The translations under genes were made by a program, and so were the position numbers. Below are positions 21,117 to 31,688 of a stretch of DNA of 64,000 nucleotides, piece after piece. Positions within the stretch are counted from its first letter, which is position 1, and every line of letters starts with the position of its first letter. Under the pieces are notes generated by a model, which was given only the letters and a program-made list of their open reading frames with translations, did not search any database and had not been told where the DNA came from. Source of the stretch: an uncultured Clostridium sp. (GTDB lineage: Bacteria; Bacillota; Clostridia; TANB77; CAG-508); NCBI GenBank assembly GCA_946404215.1, contig CAMJCT010000005.1:14685-78684 (forward strand), in the 5' to 3' direction.

Positions 21117-21969
21117 ATGAAATCACTATGTATAAAAACAAATGATTCTAATGTTCTAGATTATCTATTAAATGAATTTAAAAATTGTAACTTAAAAGAC
21201 ATGTGCTTTAGTGAAAATGAATTTAAAAACTATAAAAACATAATAATTCACTACACTCGGTAATTGTATTGATGATTTTTATTCAAAAATAAGCTCTATA
21301 TTATGCTATTTTATTTTAGATATAGAAGAAGAAAAAATATTAAAAAAAATTATATCTCAAAACTACTTTTATTTTGACTTTTCAGAAAAAAATAAAATTC
21401 TATCTAATTGCTTTAACATTATGGCAGATGAATATCCCATTGAATTTGATAAAAAATTTAATATATTATATAACAGTTTTTATAATTATTTATCTTCAAA
21501 TAAAAATCTATTATTAGAAGGTTTTATTAATTTTAGATTAAAAAAATATTTTAATCTACTAGATAACACTTTAAATGAAGCAGTTAATCAATTTATAATA
21601 GAAAAAGAATATTTAGAATTCATTTCACTATTAAAAATGTATATTAATTCTCATCCTACCGGATTTGACACCGTTCATCTAATATATTCCTCTTCTGAAT
21701 CGATTTTGCTAGATATAAAACAAAATGTAATCATTAGTACAGATAATATTTTAAAAGCAAAATTTTTAAGCGATATTTCTTTTTCTTCAAATGATTATAC
21801 CTTGAACACTCTATTAAACCTTTTACCTAAAAAAATTCATATACATTTGGCTAATAACCATATAGATGAATTTATAAATACTCTCAAACTTATATTTGAA
21901 AATAGAATCCAAATATGCACTGAATGTGATATTTGCAAATCATATAAAATTTCGAAAGGATGTTTTTAG
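21117..21969 (+). CDS. ytxC: Sporulation protein YtxC, one +1 break at CGGT 21258-21261
   Basis: RBS AAGGGG, ATG 21117, 47 codons to IIHYT-[C]GGT-NCIDDF..., continuing through NYFYF, EGFINFRL and EKEYLEFISLLKMY; joined product 283 aa. Confidence 0.85.
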
Positions 21970-22000
21970 GTGTTTTTAGGGACACCTTCCAAAAGCATCC

Positions 22001-22933
22001 TCATATTGCTGCATTAATTCCTTTTGATACAATATCTTTCATATTTTCAATTAAATCATCAATCTCTTTTGGCGTTACTATTAAGTTATAATCTTTAGGC
22101 AGAAGTACCTCTTTTATTTCTTCATAATTGTCTTCTTGTTTCAAATTATTTAAATAATCATTTGACATTGCTTTTTCTTGTAATTTTTCAATAAACAAAT
22201 CTAAACTATCATTTACTAGGACTGCTGTTTCAACAACTGTTGGAATTCCAATTGCAATGACAGGAATTCCCAAAGTATCCTTACTTACCTCACTTCTTAT
22301 ATTTCCTACTCCTGCACCTGGAACAATTCCTGTATCTGATATTTGAACAGTACTACTAATTCTTTCTATACTTCTAGATGCTAATGCATCTATCACTATT
22401 AGTAATTTTGGTTTCACAGTATCTACTATACCTTTCAAAATTTCCACTGTTTCTATTCCTGTTGTTCCTAATACTCCTGGCGACACAGCCGAAATTTCTC
22501 TAGTTCCTTCTTCTACATATTGAGGTAAATACTTTATTATATGTCTTGTTACTTCTATCTCGTTTATTACTTTTGGTCCTAAACTATCTGGGGTAACATA
22601 TATATTTCCAAGCCCAACTACAAGGATTTCTCCTTGGGTATCAACATGTAAATCTACTATTACTTTTAATTCCTTTGCTAAAATTTCTGCTGCTTTATCT
22701 ATTTCTTCTTCCTGCGCTATTTTTAATTTTTTTATATCTATTGTTATATAATTTCCTATAGGCTTTCCTATTGCTCTTTCTCCATTCTCGTTTGTTATTT
22801 TTACTCTTTCAACTTTTATATTTTCATCTATATTTTCCTTATTTGCCTCAATTCCATCTATTTGCTCCAATTTATTTGCTTTTTGATAAATTTCTCTTCT
22901 TTCAGATGCTAAATCTGTTCTAAAATTATACAT
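22001..22933 (-). CDS. gpr: Germination protease GPR
   Basis: RTDLASE, VVGLGN...TPDSLGP, PGVLGTTGIET, VTPKEID. Confidence 0.95.
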   Translation of the reverse strand: MYNFRTDLASERREIYQKANKLEQIDGIEANKENIDENIKVERVKITNENGERAIGKPIGNYITIDIKKLKIAQEEEIDKAAEILAKELKVIVDLHVDTQGEILVVGLGNIYVTPDSLGPKVINEIEVTRHIIKYLPQYVEEGTREISAVSPGVLGTTGIETVEILKGIVDTVKPKLLIVIDALASRSIERISSTVQISDTGIVPGAGVGNIRSEVSKDTLGIPVIAIGIPTVVETAVLVNDSLDLFIEKLQEKAMSNDYLNNLKQEDNYEEIKEVLLPKDYNLIVTPKEIDDLIENMKDIVSKGINAAI

Positions 22934-23066
22934 AAAAACCTCCGAATAATATTTTTATATATTATTTGGAGGTTTATTAATTCTTATTCATTATAATACC
23001 TATAATTTAATCTTTTAATAATTTATTTTTTATAAATACTATATTTTAAATCTGTTATACAAAAAA

Positions 23067-25898
23067 TTATGCTAAATATTTTTTTAAAAACTCACCTGTA
23101 TGACTTCTTTCATTTTTGCAAATTTGTTCTGGTGATCCGTACTGCTATAACTTCTCCTCCGTTGTCTCCACCTTCTGGACCCAAATCTACAACATGATCA
23201 CATGTTTTTATTAAATCTAAATTATGCTCAATAACAATTATTGTATTACCTGTGTCTACCAATCTTTGTAAAATATCAACTAATCTATGAACATCTGCAA
23301 TATGAAGACCTGTTGTTGGTTCATCTAAAATATATAACGTTTTTCCTGTTGCTTTTTTAGATAATTCTGTTGCAAGCTTTACTCTTTGTGCTTCTCCTCC
23401 AGATAAAGTTGTTGATGGTTGACCGTAATTTAATATAACCAAGCCCTACATCATATAAAGTCTGAATTTTTTGTTTTATTTTAGGAATTTTATCAAAAAA
23501 TTGCAAGGCTTCTTCAACTGTCATATCTAAAACATCTGCAATTGTTTTCCCCTTATATTTTACTTCTAATGTTTCACGGTTATATCTTTTTCCTCTACAT
23601 ACTTCACAAGGTACATAAATATCTGGTAAAAAATGCATTTCAATTTTATGAACTCCATCTCCATTACAACTTTCACACCTTCCACCTGCAACATTAAAAC
23701 TAAACCTTCCCTTTTCATATCCACGTATTTTAGCTTCTTCAGTCATTGCAAATATTTCTCTTATTGTATCAAATACTCCTGTATATGTTGCTGGATTTGA
23801 GCGAGGTGTTCTCCCTATTGGTGATTGATCTATATTAATTATTTTATCAATATTTTCTAATCCTTTTACAGCTTTGCATTTTCCTGGTTTTTCATTTGAA
23901 CCATTCAATTCTTTTGCAATTGTTTTATATAAAACCTCATTAACTAAAGTTGATTTTCCCGAACCAGAAACACCTGTAACGCAAGTAAAAAGACCTAGAG
24001 GAAATTTAACACTTATATTTTTTAAATTATTTTCTACTGCTCCTTGTACTTCAATTACTTTGGATTTTACCTGTTTTCTTCTTGTTTTTGGAACAGAAAT
24101 TCTCTTCCCTCCACTTAAATATTGACCAGTAATAGAATTCTCTACAAGTTTTACTTCTTCTGCTGTTCCGCTGTGCCATAACTTGTCCGCCATGAACACC
24201 AGCACCTGGACCAATATCTATAATTTGGTCTGCTGCATACATTGTATCTTCATCATGTTCTACTACTAAAAGTGTATTACCCAAATCTCTTAATTTTTTT
24301 AAGGTTGCAAGTAACTTATCGTTATCTTTTTGATGTAGCCCAATACTAGGCTCATCTAATATATACAAAACACCTGTTAATCCAGAACCAATTTGTGTAG
24401 CCAAACGAATCCTTTGCGCTTCTCCACCAGACAATGTTCCGCTACTTCTTGAAAGAGTTAAATATTCTAATCCTACATCCATTAAAAATTGAAGTCTTTG
24501 ATTAATCTCTTTTAAAATCAACTCTGAAATCATAGCTTGAGTTCTACTTAGCTCTAAATTTTTCAAATATTCTTTTATTTTATTTATTGGCATATCTGTT
24601 AATTCATTTATGTTCTTATCTCCAACTTTAATTGATAAAATCTCTGGTTTTAATCTTGCTCCTTTGCAAGAATGACATGGGGCATTGCTCATATACATTT
24701 CATAAAAGTCCCTCATTCCTTGAGATTTAGTTTCTCTGTGCCTTCTATCTAAAGTTGGAATTACTCCTTCAAATGGTGCAGAAAATTTTCTAGTTCCTAT
24801 ATATGATTTATATTCAAAATCTATTTCTTCACTTCCCGTACCATATAAAATTTTTTCCATAAAATCACGTGGCAAATCTTTTATTTTTTTGTTTTTTATT
24901 TCAACTCCATAGTGCCTAGCAACACTCTCGAAATACATTTTAGCCATAGTATCGCCTTTTTTCATGGTACTTGCACCGAAAGCTTTTATTCCATCATATA
25001 ATGTTTTATTCTTATCTGGAACAATTAAATCTTCATCAATTTTCATTAAATATCCTATACCTGTACATTCTGGACATGCCCCAAATGGGTTATTAAATGA
25101 AAACATTCTTGGAGTTAATTCTGGAAAGCTAAAACCACAATCTGGACAAGCATAATTACAGCTATATAATACTGGTTTCTGTCCAATAATATCTATTAAA
25201 ACTAAATTATCTGCATGTTTTAAAGCAACTTCTACAGATTCTGTTAATCTACTAATTATTTCTTGCTTAATTACTAATCTATCAACAACTAGCTCTATTT
25301 CATGTTTTTTCTTTCTGTCAATTTCTATATCATCTGAAAGTTCATAAACTTCGCCATCAATTCTAACTCTAACAAAACCATCTTTTTGATATCCTTCTAA
25401 CTGTTTGGTATACTCTCCTTTACGACCTCTTACAACTGGTGCTAGAACCTGTATTTTAGTACCTTCTGGCAAGCTCATAATACTATCTATGATTTGGTCT
25501 ATAGTTTGCTTTTCAATCTTTTTATGGCAATTTGGACAATATGGAACACCAATTCTTGCATACAAAAGACGAATATAATCATAAATCTCTGTAACTGTTC
25601 CAACAGTGGAACGAGGATTCTTTGAAGTAGTCTTTTGATCAATTGAAATTGCTGGAGAAAGCCCATCAATTCTTTCAACATCTGGTTTTTCCATTAACCC
25701 TAAAAATTGCCTAGCATAAGAAGATAAACTTTCCACATATCTTCTTTGCCCCTCAGCATAAAGCGTATCAAAAGCCAAACTAGATTTACCCGAACCAGAA
25801 AGACCTGTAATAACAACCAATTTATCTCTTGGAATTTCTAAATTTATATTTTTTAAATTGTGTTCTTTTGCACCTTTTATTATTATTTTATCATTCAT
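23067..25898 (-). CDS. uvrA: Excinuclease ABC subunit A, three +1 breaks (24170, 23425, 23139)
   Basis: Two ABC cassettes ([26 protein letters not shown] twice) and zinc fingers; four segments joined at CGGA/CGGT/CGGA give 942 aa. Confidence 0.93.
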
Positions 25899-25935
25899 AC
25901 CTTTCTCCTGCCATGGGGACGGTCCTTTTGGCAAT

Positions 25936-27597
25936 TTAAAATATTCCCACAATATTTCCGTTTTTATCAATATCTATATTTTCTGCTGCAGGTACTTTTG
26001 GAAGTCCTGGCATTGTCATTATTTTTCCTGCAAGCACAACTATGAATCCCGCTCCTGCTTTTACCTCTACATCTCTTACTGTTATTTTGTATGTATCTTT
26101 ACATTCTAAGTTTTTTGGATCATCAGAAAATGAATATTGTGTTTTTGCTATACATATAGGCATTTCCCCATAACCTAGTTCTTCTATTTTTTTTATTTCA
26201 GCTAATGCTTTTTCAGAATACTCTACCCCTTCTGCTCCATATATTTTTGTTGATACTTTTTCAATTTTAGTTTTAATATCATCTTCTAGTTCATACATAT
26301 AATTTAAATTTTCGATTTCTTCTACCAATTTTACAAGTTTTGTTGCTATATCTTTTGCTCCGTCTCCTCCTTTTGCCCATCCTTCTACTAAACTTAAAGA
26401 AACCCCTTTTTCTTTTAGCTTTTCTTTTAGAAATTCTATTTCATTTTCTGAATCTTGTATATAATGATTTATTGCAACAATAACATTTAATCCAAATTTA
26501 TTTTTTAAATTATCTATATGTCTATATAAATTATCGATTCCTTTCTCTAACCCTTCAATATTTTCTTCAAAAATTTTTTCTTTTTCTATTCCTCCATGAT
26601 ATTTAATTGCTTTCATTGTTGCAACCAATACCACTGCATCTGGCTTCAACCCTGTCTTTCTACATTTTATATCTAAAAACTTTTCAGCACCCAAATCTGC
26701 ACCAAATCCTGCTTCTGATACTACATAGTCTCCCAATTTTAAAGCCAACTTTGTTGCTCTAATACTATTACATCCATGTGCTATATTTGCAAATGGCCCA
26801 CCATGAATAATTGCTGGCGTATGTTCTAAAGTTTGAACTAAATTAGGCTTTATTGCATCTTTTAATAAAACTGCCATTGCTCCTTGTGCTTTTAAATCTT
26901 TACAATAAAGAGGTTCTCCGTCTCTATTATATCCTATCAAAATATTTCCTAATCTTTCTTTTAAATCCTCTATATCTTCTGATAAACAAACAATAGCCAT
27001 TATTTCAGATGCAACAGAAATATCAAATTTATCCATTCTTGGAACTATCTTGCTCTCACCAGATAAACCTGTTTCTATTTCTCTTAATTGTCTATCATTT
27101 AAATCCATGCATCTCTTCCAAACAATTTTTTCAAATTTCAAATTATTGCCAAAATATATATGATTGTCTATGATTGCAGATAGTAAATTATTTGCAGCTG
27201 TAATTGCGTGAATATCTCCTGTAAAATGTAAATTAATATCTTCCATAGGAGCTACTTGAACCTTTCCTCCTCCTGTTGCTCCACCTTTTATTCCAAAAAC
27301 GGGTCCTAAAGATGGCTCCCTCAATGCTAACACAGCATTTTTACCAATTTTCCTTAATCCATCTGCTATAGATATAGAAATAGTTGTTTTTCCCTCACCC
27401 AAAGGAGTTGGGCTTATTGCGGTTACAAGTATTAGTTTTCCATTTTCATTCCTTTCAACTTTTTTAAAAACCTCATCTGATATTTTTGCTTTATACTTAC
27501 CATATTGCTCGATATCATCTTCTTGTATTCCTAATTTTTGTGCTATATCTACTATTTTTTTTAATTTTGTATTTCTTGCTATTTCTATATCAGTCAT
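25936..27597 (-). CDS. fhs: Formate--tetrahydrofolate ligase
   Basis: TPLGEGKTT, IKGGATGGG, HGGPFANIAHGCNS, EAGFGADLGAEKF. Confidence 0.97.
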   Translation of the reverse strand: MTDIEIARNTKLKKIVDIAQKLGIQEDDIEQYGKYKAKISDEVFKKVERNENGKLILVTAISPTPLGEGKTTISISIADGLRKIGKNAVLALREPSLGPVFGIKGGATGGGKVQVAPMEDINLHFTGDIHAITAANNLLSAIIDNHIYFGNNLKFEKIVWKRCMDLNDRQLREIETGLSGESKIVPRMDKFDISVASEIMAIVCLSEDIEDLKERLGNILIGYNRDGEPLYCKDLKAQGAMAVLLKDAIKPNLVQTLEHTPAIIHGGPFANIAHGCNSIRATKLALKLGDYVVSEAGFGADLGAEKFLDIKCRKTGLKPDAVVLVATMKAIKYHGGIEKEKIFEENIEGLEKGIDNLYRHIDNLKNKFGLNVIVAINHYIQDSENEIEFLKEKLKEKGVSLSLVEGWAKGGDGAKDIATKLVKLVEEIENLNYMYELEDDIKTKIEKVSTKIYGAEGVEYSEKALAEIKKIEELGYGEMPICIAKTQYSFSDDPKNLECKDTYKITVRDVEVKAGAGFIVVLAGKIMTMPGLPKVPAAENIDIDKNGNIVGIF

Positions 27598-27620
27598 TTT
27601 ACATTCCTCCTATCAAACAA

Positions 27621-28061
27621 TTACACAATTATCCCAACAATTATGCCAATTAAAGCACCTACAAAAACTTGAACTGGAGTATGGCCCAAGACCTCTACCA
27701 ATTTTTCTGATACTTGAATTCCTGTTAATCCTGGGGTCTCTACCAATTTATTTAATAATGCCGCCTGCTTTCCTGCAGCTCTCCTAACTCCACAAGCATC
27801 ATACATTACAACAAATGCAAAAATAAAAGATAATGCAAAAACTGCACTATTTATTCCTTCATATTTACCTATTAAAGTAGCCAATCCAGCAACAACTGCT
27901 GAATGAGAACTTGGCATTCCTCCAGCGCCCATTATTCTTTTAAAATTAAATTTCTTAGTTTTTACTAAATCGTAAATTAATTTAAATAACTGTATTCCAA
28001 ACCATAAAAAAAATGGTACATAAATATACTTGTTTTGTACAAATTCCATAAAATAATTCAT
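27621..28061 (-). CDS. Divergent PAP2 family protein (DUF212/YuiD)
   Basis: GGMPSSHSA, VMYDACGVRRAAG, LGHTP. Confidence 0.93.
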   Translation of the reverse strand: MNYFMEFVQNKYIYVPFFLWFGIQLFKLIYDLVKTKKFNFKRIMGAGGMPSSHSAVVAGLATLIGKYEGINSAVFALSFIFAFVVMYDACGVRRAAGKQAALLNKLVETPGLTGIQVSEKLVEVLGHTPVQVFVGALIGIIVGIIV

Positions 28062-28149
28062 TTCCAGTTTTTTCTCCCTTTTATAATTTCATATGTTTAC
28101 GCCTATAAATTGACAGTTTACAATATTAATATTTTATTTAGAATTAATA

Positions 28150-28368
28150 TTATTCTGCTTCAAAATCTTCTTCTTGCATTTCTCCATCTTTATTTACTAG
28201 CATAGTAATTTTCCTTTCAGCTTCTTCCAATTCCTTACTACAATTTTTTGAGAGTTTTATTCCTTCCTCAAACTTAGAAACAGAATCTTCTAAATTTAGC
28301 TTTCCATTTTCAAGTTCAGCAACTATTTTTTCTAACTCTTCCATCTGTTCTTCAAAACTCTTTTTCAT
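28150..28368 (-). CDS. xseB: Exodeoxyribonuclease VII small subunit
   Basis: SFEEQMEELEKIVAELENGKLNLEDSVSKFEEG; ATG 28368 after RBS GAAAGGA. Confidence 0.95.
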   Translation of the reverse strand: MKKSFEEQMEELEKIVAELENGKLNLEDSVSKFEEGIKLSKNCSKELEEAERKITMLVNKDGEMQEEDFEAE

Positions 28369-28393
28369 AAAAAATATTCCTTTCCATACACTG

Positions 28394-29589
28394 CTACTGT
28401 ATTTGAGCTTTTTTATTACCATCAAATAGCTTAATATTAACTATATCGCCACTTTTTAGTTCTTCTTTACTTTTAATGAATTTACCATCTTTTTCCAATA
28501 TAGTATAACCTCTAGATAATGTCTTTAGCGGACTATACGCATCTAACTTCGCTGTTAATTCTGAAAATTTTGATGTTTCCCTCTCAAACTTTGCCTTAAT
28601 ACTATTTTCTAATTGCTTTAAATATGTATCTAATTTTATGTAGTTTTCATTAATTCTCCTATTCGGCTCTTTAAATACAAAACTTGAAAGACATTTATCA
28701 TACCTCAATTTTAAAAATTCTATTTTCTTAATTAATGCTTTTCTTAATCTTTCCTGAAAATCAAAAATCTTTTTTTGTATTTCATATATGTCTGCAACAG
28801 CAAGTTCAGCAGCTGCAGACGGAGTTGGCGCCCTCAAATCTGCTACAAAATCGGCTATTGTAAAATCTGTTTCATGTCCCACAGCAGATATTATTGGTAT
28901 CTCCGAATTGTATATACTTTCTGCAACTATTTCCTCATTAAATGGCCATAAATCTTCTAAAGATCCGTCCTCCTCTTGCTAAAATTAATACATCTGCAAG
29001 CTTATTTTTATTCATATATTCTATACCGTACGCAATTTTTTCCGCTGCACCTTCTCCCTGAACCGGCACTGGAAATAATCTAATATAAACATTTGGGTTT
29101 CTTCTTGTAGAAACATTAATTATATCTTTTATTACTGCTCCTGTTCCGTGAAGTCAAAACACCAATTACTTTTGGCATAAATGGAATTTTAATTTTATGT
29201 TTTTCATCAAATAGTCCTTTTTCTTCTAATTTGTTCTTTAATTCCTGATATTTAGTATATAAATCCCCTAAGCCATCCTCTTCCATTGCTTGTGCATATA
29301 TTTGGTATACTCCGTCTCTTTCAAAAACTGAAACTCCTCCAAATAAAATTACTTTCATTCCATCTTTTGGCATAAATCTCAGCTTTTGAGCATATGATTT
29401 AAACATAATACATTTTATTAAGCAGTTTTCATCCTTTAATGTAAAATACATATGCCCTGTATAATGATTTTTAAAATTAGAAATTTCACCTTTTACTAAA
29501 ACATTATTAAGATATTCATCATTTGCTATTTTTTCTTTTATATATTTATTTAAGTCTGATACAGTTATTGCCATTTCTGCATATTTCAT
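28394..29589 (-). CDS. xseA: Exodeoxyribonuclease VII large subunit, two +1 breaks at CGGA 29148-29145 and 28967-28964
   Basis: GEISNF...[13 protein letters not shown]-[C][15 protein letters not shown]-[C][22 protein letters not shown]; joined product about 397 aa. Confidence 0.92.
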
Positions 29590-29623
29590 ATTTTTCACTT
29601 TCCTTAAATTTATATACTAGTTT

Positions 29624-30025
29624 CTACGATTTTATAATACTTGCCAAAACTCCATTAACAAAATTTCTAGATGAGTCTTCACCGTATTTTTTTGCAAGCT
29701 CTACCGCCTCATTTATAGCAACTTTAAAAGGTATATCTGTATATTTTAGTTCATAAATTGCTAGTTTCAATATTGACAAATCTATTTTAGAAATTCTATC
29801 TATTTTCCAATCTTCTTTTAAATTTTTTTCTATATTTTCTATAATCTCATTATAATTTTCTTCAATACCTAAAACAGCGTCTCTTATATACTTTTGCGCC
29901 TTCTTATCATCTATATTATTGCTTTCTATATAAAGCTCCATTTGTTCATTTAAATCTTCTCTTTTTTGTATTTCTAAACTATATATCAGTTTAAAAGCTT
30001 GCTCTCTTATTGCTGATCTATTCAT
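29624..30025 (-). CDS. nusB: Transcription antitermination factor NusB
   Basis: [14 protein letters not shown]...FVNGVL. Confidence 0.95.
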   Translation of the reverse strand: MNRSAIREQAFKLIYSLEIQKREDLNEQMELYIESNNIDDKKAQKYIRDAVLGIEENYNEIIENIEKNLKEDWKIDRISKIDLSILKLAIYELKYTDIPFKVAINEAVELAKKYGEDSSRNFVNGVLASIIKS

Positions 30026-30041
30026 TTTAATTCCCTTCTAT

Positions 30042-30242
30042 TTACATTTTATCAATAAAACCTTTTAGTCTACTTTTCACATCTTCTTTGTTTTGTTGTA
30101 CATAATTACCTATAAATGCTCCTAAAAATATGACAACTATTGCCAATATTAAATCATGCAATCTTGTTATTAATATAATTATTGATATTATAATACCTAT
30201 AATTGCACCTTTATAACTATTCCAGAATTCTTTAATATTCAT
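30042..30242 (-). CDS. Small membrane protein (DUF2273-like)
   Basis: Two hydrophobic segments; conserved position between amaP and nusB. Confidence 0.75.
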   Translation of the reverse strand: MNIKEFWNSYKGAIIGIIISIIILITRLHDLILAIVVIFLGAFIGNYVQQNKEDVKSRLKGFIDKM

Positions 30243-30292
30243 CTATTCCACATTCCTTTCAAACTAATCTTAATATCTAAAAAGACTTAGTA

Positions 30293-30847
30293 CTATCCGG
30301 CAGTCTGTTGCCTTGGTGCAACTTTTTTTACTGCTATATTTACTTCTTTAACATCTAGATCTGTTGTCATCTTTACTTTCTCTTTAATTTTAGATTGAAG
30401 ATTTGTAGATAAATCTTTAATAACAGCATCTGCACTCACTACTAAATTAATATATACATTAACATTATTTTCTTTATCTAATTCAACCCTTGTTGAAACT
30501 TCTTCAGCACTTTGAAAATTCAAAGCTACAGAATTAACTAAATTTTCTATCGTTTCTTTAGAAATCATTAGTTTTCCACTCTCATTTTCTAAAAGAACTC
30601 CCTGTCTTTCTTTTATTTGTTCTTTTGACGTTGCGTCAAAAAATATACATTTTATAGATAATAAAATAAAAACAATACATGCCCCCAAAACTATTTTACT
30701 TGATGTGTCTCCTGCTAAAGTATTTGTTATTATACTTGATACTAAATTTCTATCTAACCAACCAAATATTAGTAAACATACTATAACAGATAGTATTAGC
30801 ATAATATTTGAATATATTATTAGTGTAATTTTTTCTAATATTTTCAT
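30293..30847 (-). CDS. amaP: Alkaline shock response membrane anchor AmaP
   Basis: Two N-terminal TM segments plus an Asp23-like domain; follows asp23. Confidence 0.8.
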   Translation of the reverse strand: MKILEKITLIIYSNIMLILSVIVCLLIFGWLDRNLVSSIITNTLAGDTSSKIVLGACIVFILLSIKCIFFDATSKEQIKERQGVLLENESGKLMISKETIENLVNSVALNFQSAEEVSTRVELDKENNVNVYINLVVSADAVIKDLSTNLQSKIKEKVKMTTDLDVKEVNIAVKKVAPRQQTAG

Positions 30848-30939
30848 TTTACATTCATTCCTTCCTTTAACATGTAAATCTAGTTAGAAAATAAGCCTTT
30901 ACATTATTATTTTCTAACTAGCTATTTCTATTATACTTT

Positions 30940-31380
30940 TTATTCTTCTGATTCTTCTACATTTTTGTCAGTTTTACCTTCATCTTTAACCATGTCTGTA
31001 TTAACTCCTTGAACGTGAATATTTACTTCTTCAACCTTCAAACCTGTCATCTCTTCAATTGCCTTTTTAACTCTTTTTTGAATTTCAAAAGCAATGTCTG
31101 GAATTCTTGAACCATATTCAACTATGATATTTACATCAATTTTAGCTTGTGTTTCTGTTGCTTCAACTTTAATCCCTTTAGCTAGGTTTTTCTTTCCACT
31201 TAATACTTCTGTTATTCCACCAGCAAAACGACCAGCCATTCCAGCTACACCTGGCACTTCTGATACTGCAACACCAGCTATTACAGCTATAACATCATTT
31301 GATATCTGTATTCCTTCATTTTCTGTTTTAATTTCCTCTAATTCTAGTATTTCACCTTTTTCTTGATTTTCTTCACTCAT
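30940..31380 (-). CDS. Asp23/Gls24 family protein
   Basis: ISNDVIAVIAGVAVSEVPGV...KGIKV...VNIHVQGV. Confidence 0.93.
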   Translation of the reverse strand: MSEENQEKGEILELEEIKTENEGIQISNDVIAVIAGVAVSEVPGVAGMAGRFAGGITEVLSGKKNLAKGIKVEATETQAKIDVNIIVEYGSRIPDIAFEIQKRVKKAIEEMTGLKVEEVNIHVQGVNTDMVKDEGKTDKNVEESEE

Positions 31381-31487
31381 AATAATTCCTCCTTCTTGTA
31401 TACCAAAAAGATATACTTAAATTCTTTATAAGTATATCAATTTTTTCTATAATTTACAACTATTTTATTTAAATTTATTCTTATTTA

Positions 31488-31674
31488 GTTACTGGATAAT
31501 GGTTTTAAGTTGTAGAATAGGTGAAACCTAAGTTATATTAATAATTTATGACGTTCCGAATGCAACCGGAATAGTTTTAGAATAAGTTATGTAGGGTAGC
31601 CGAGGAACGGAAACAAATCATTAATATCACTTAGATTTCACCGGTTTATTAGTGCCAAACCATTAAATAGTAAC
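31488..31674. mobile_element. Diverged MITE-like element with 8-bp target-site duplication
   Basis: GTTACT...AGTAAC termini flanked by CTTATTTA at 31480-31487 and 31675-31682; long imperfect hairpin sharing internal motifs with the 4086 and 16837 copies. Confidence 0.75.
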
Positions 31675-31688
31675 CTTATTTATATAGA

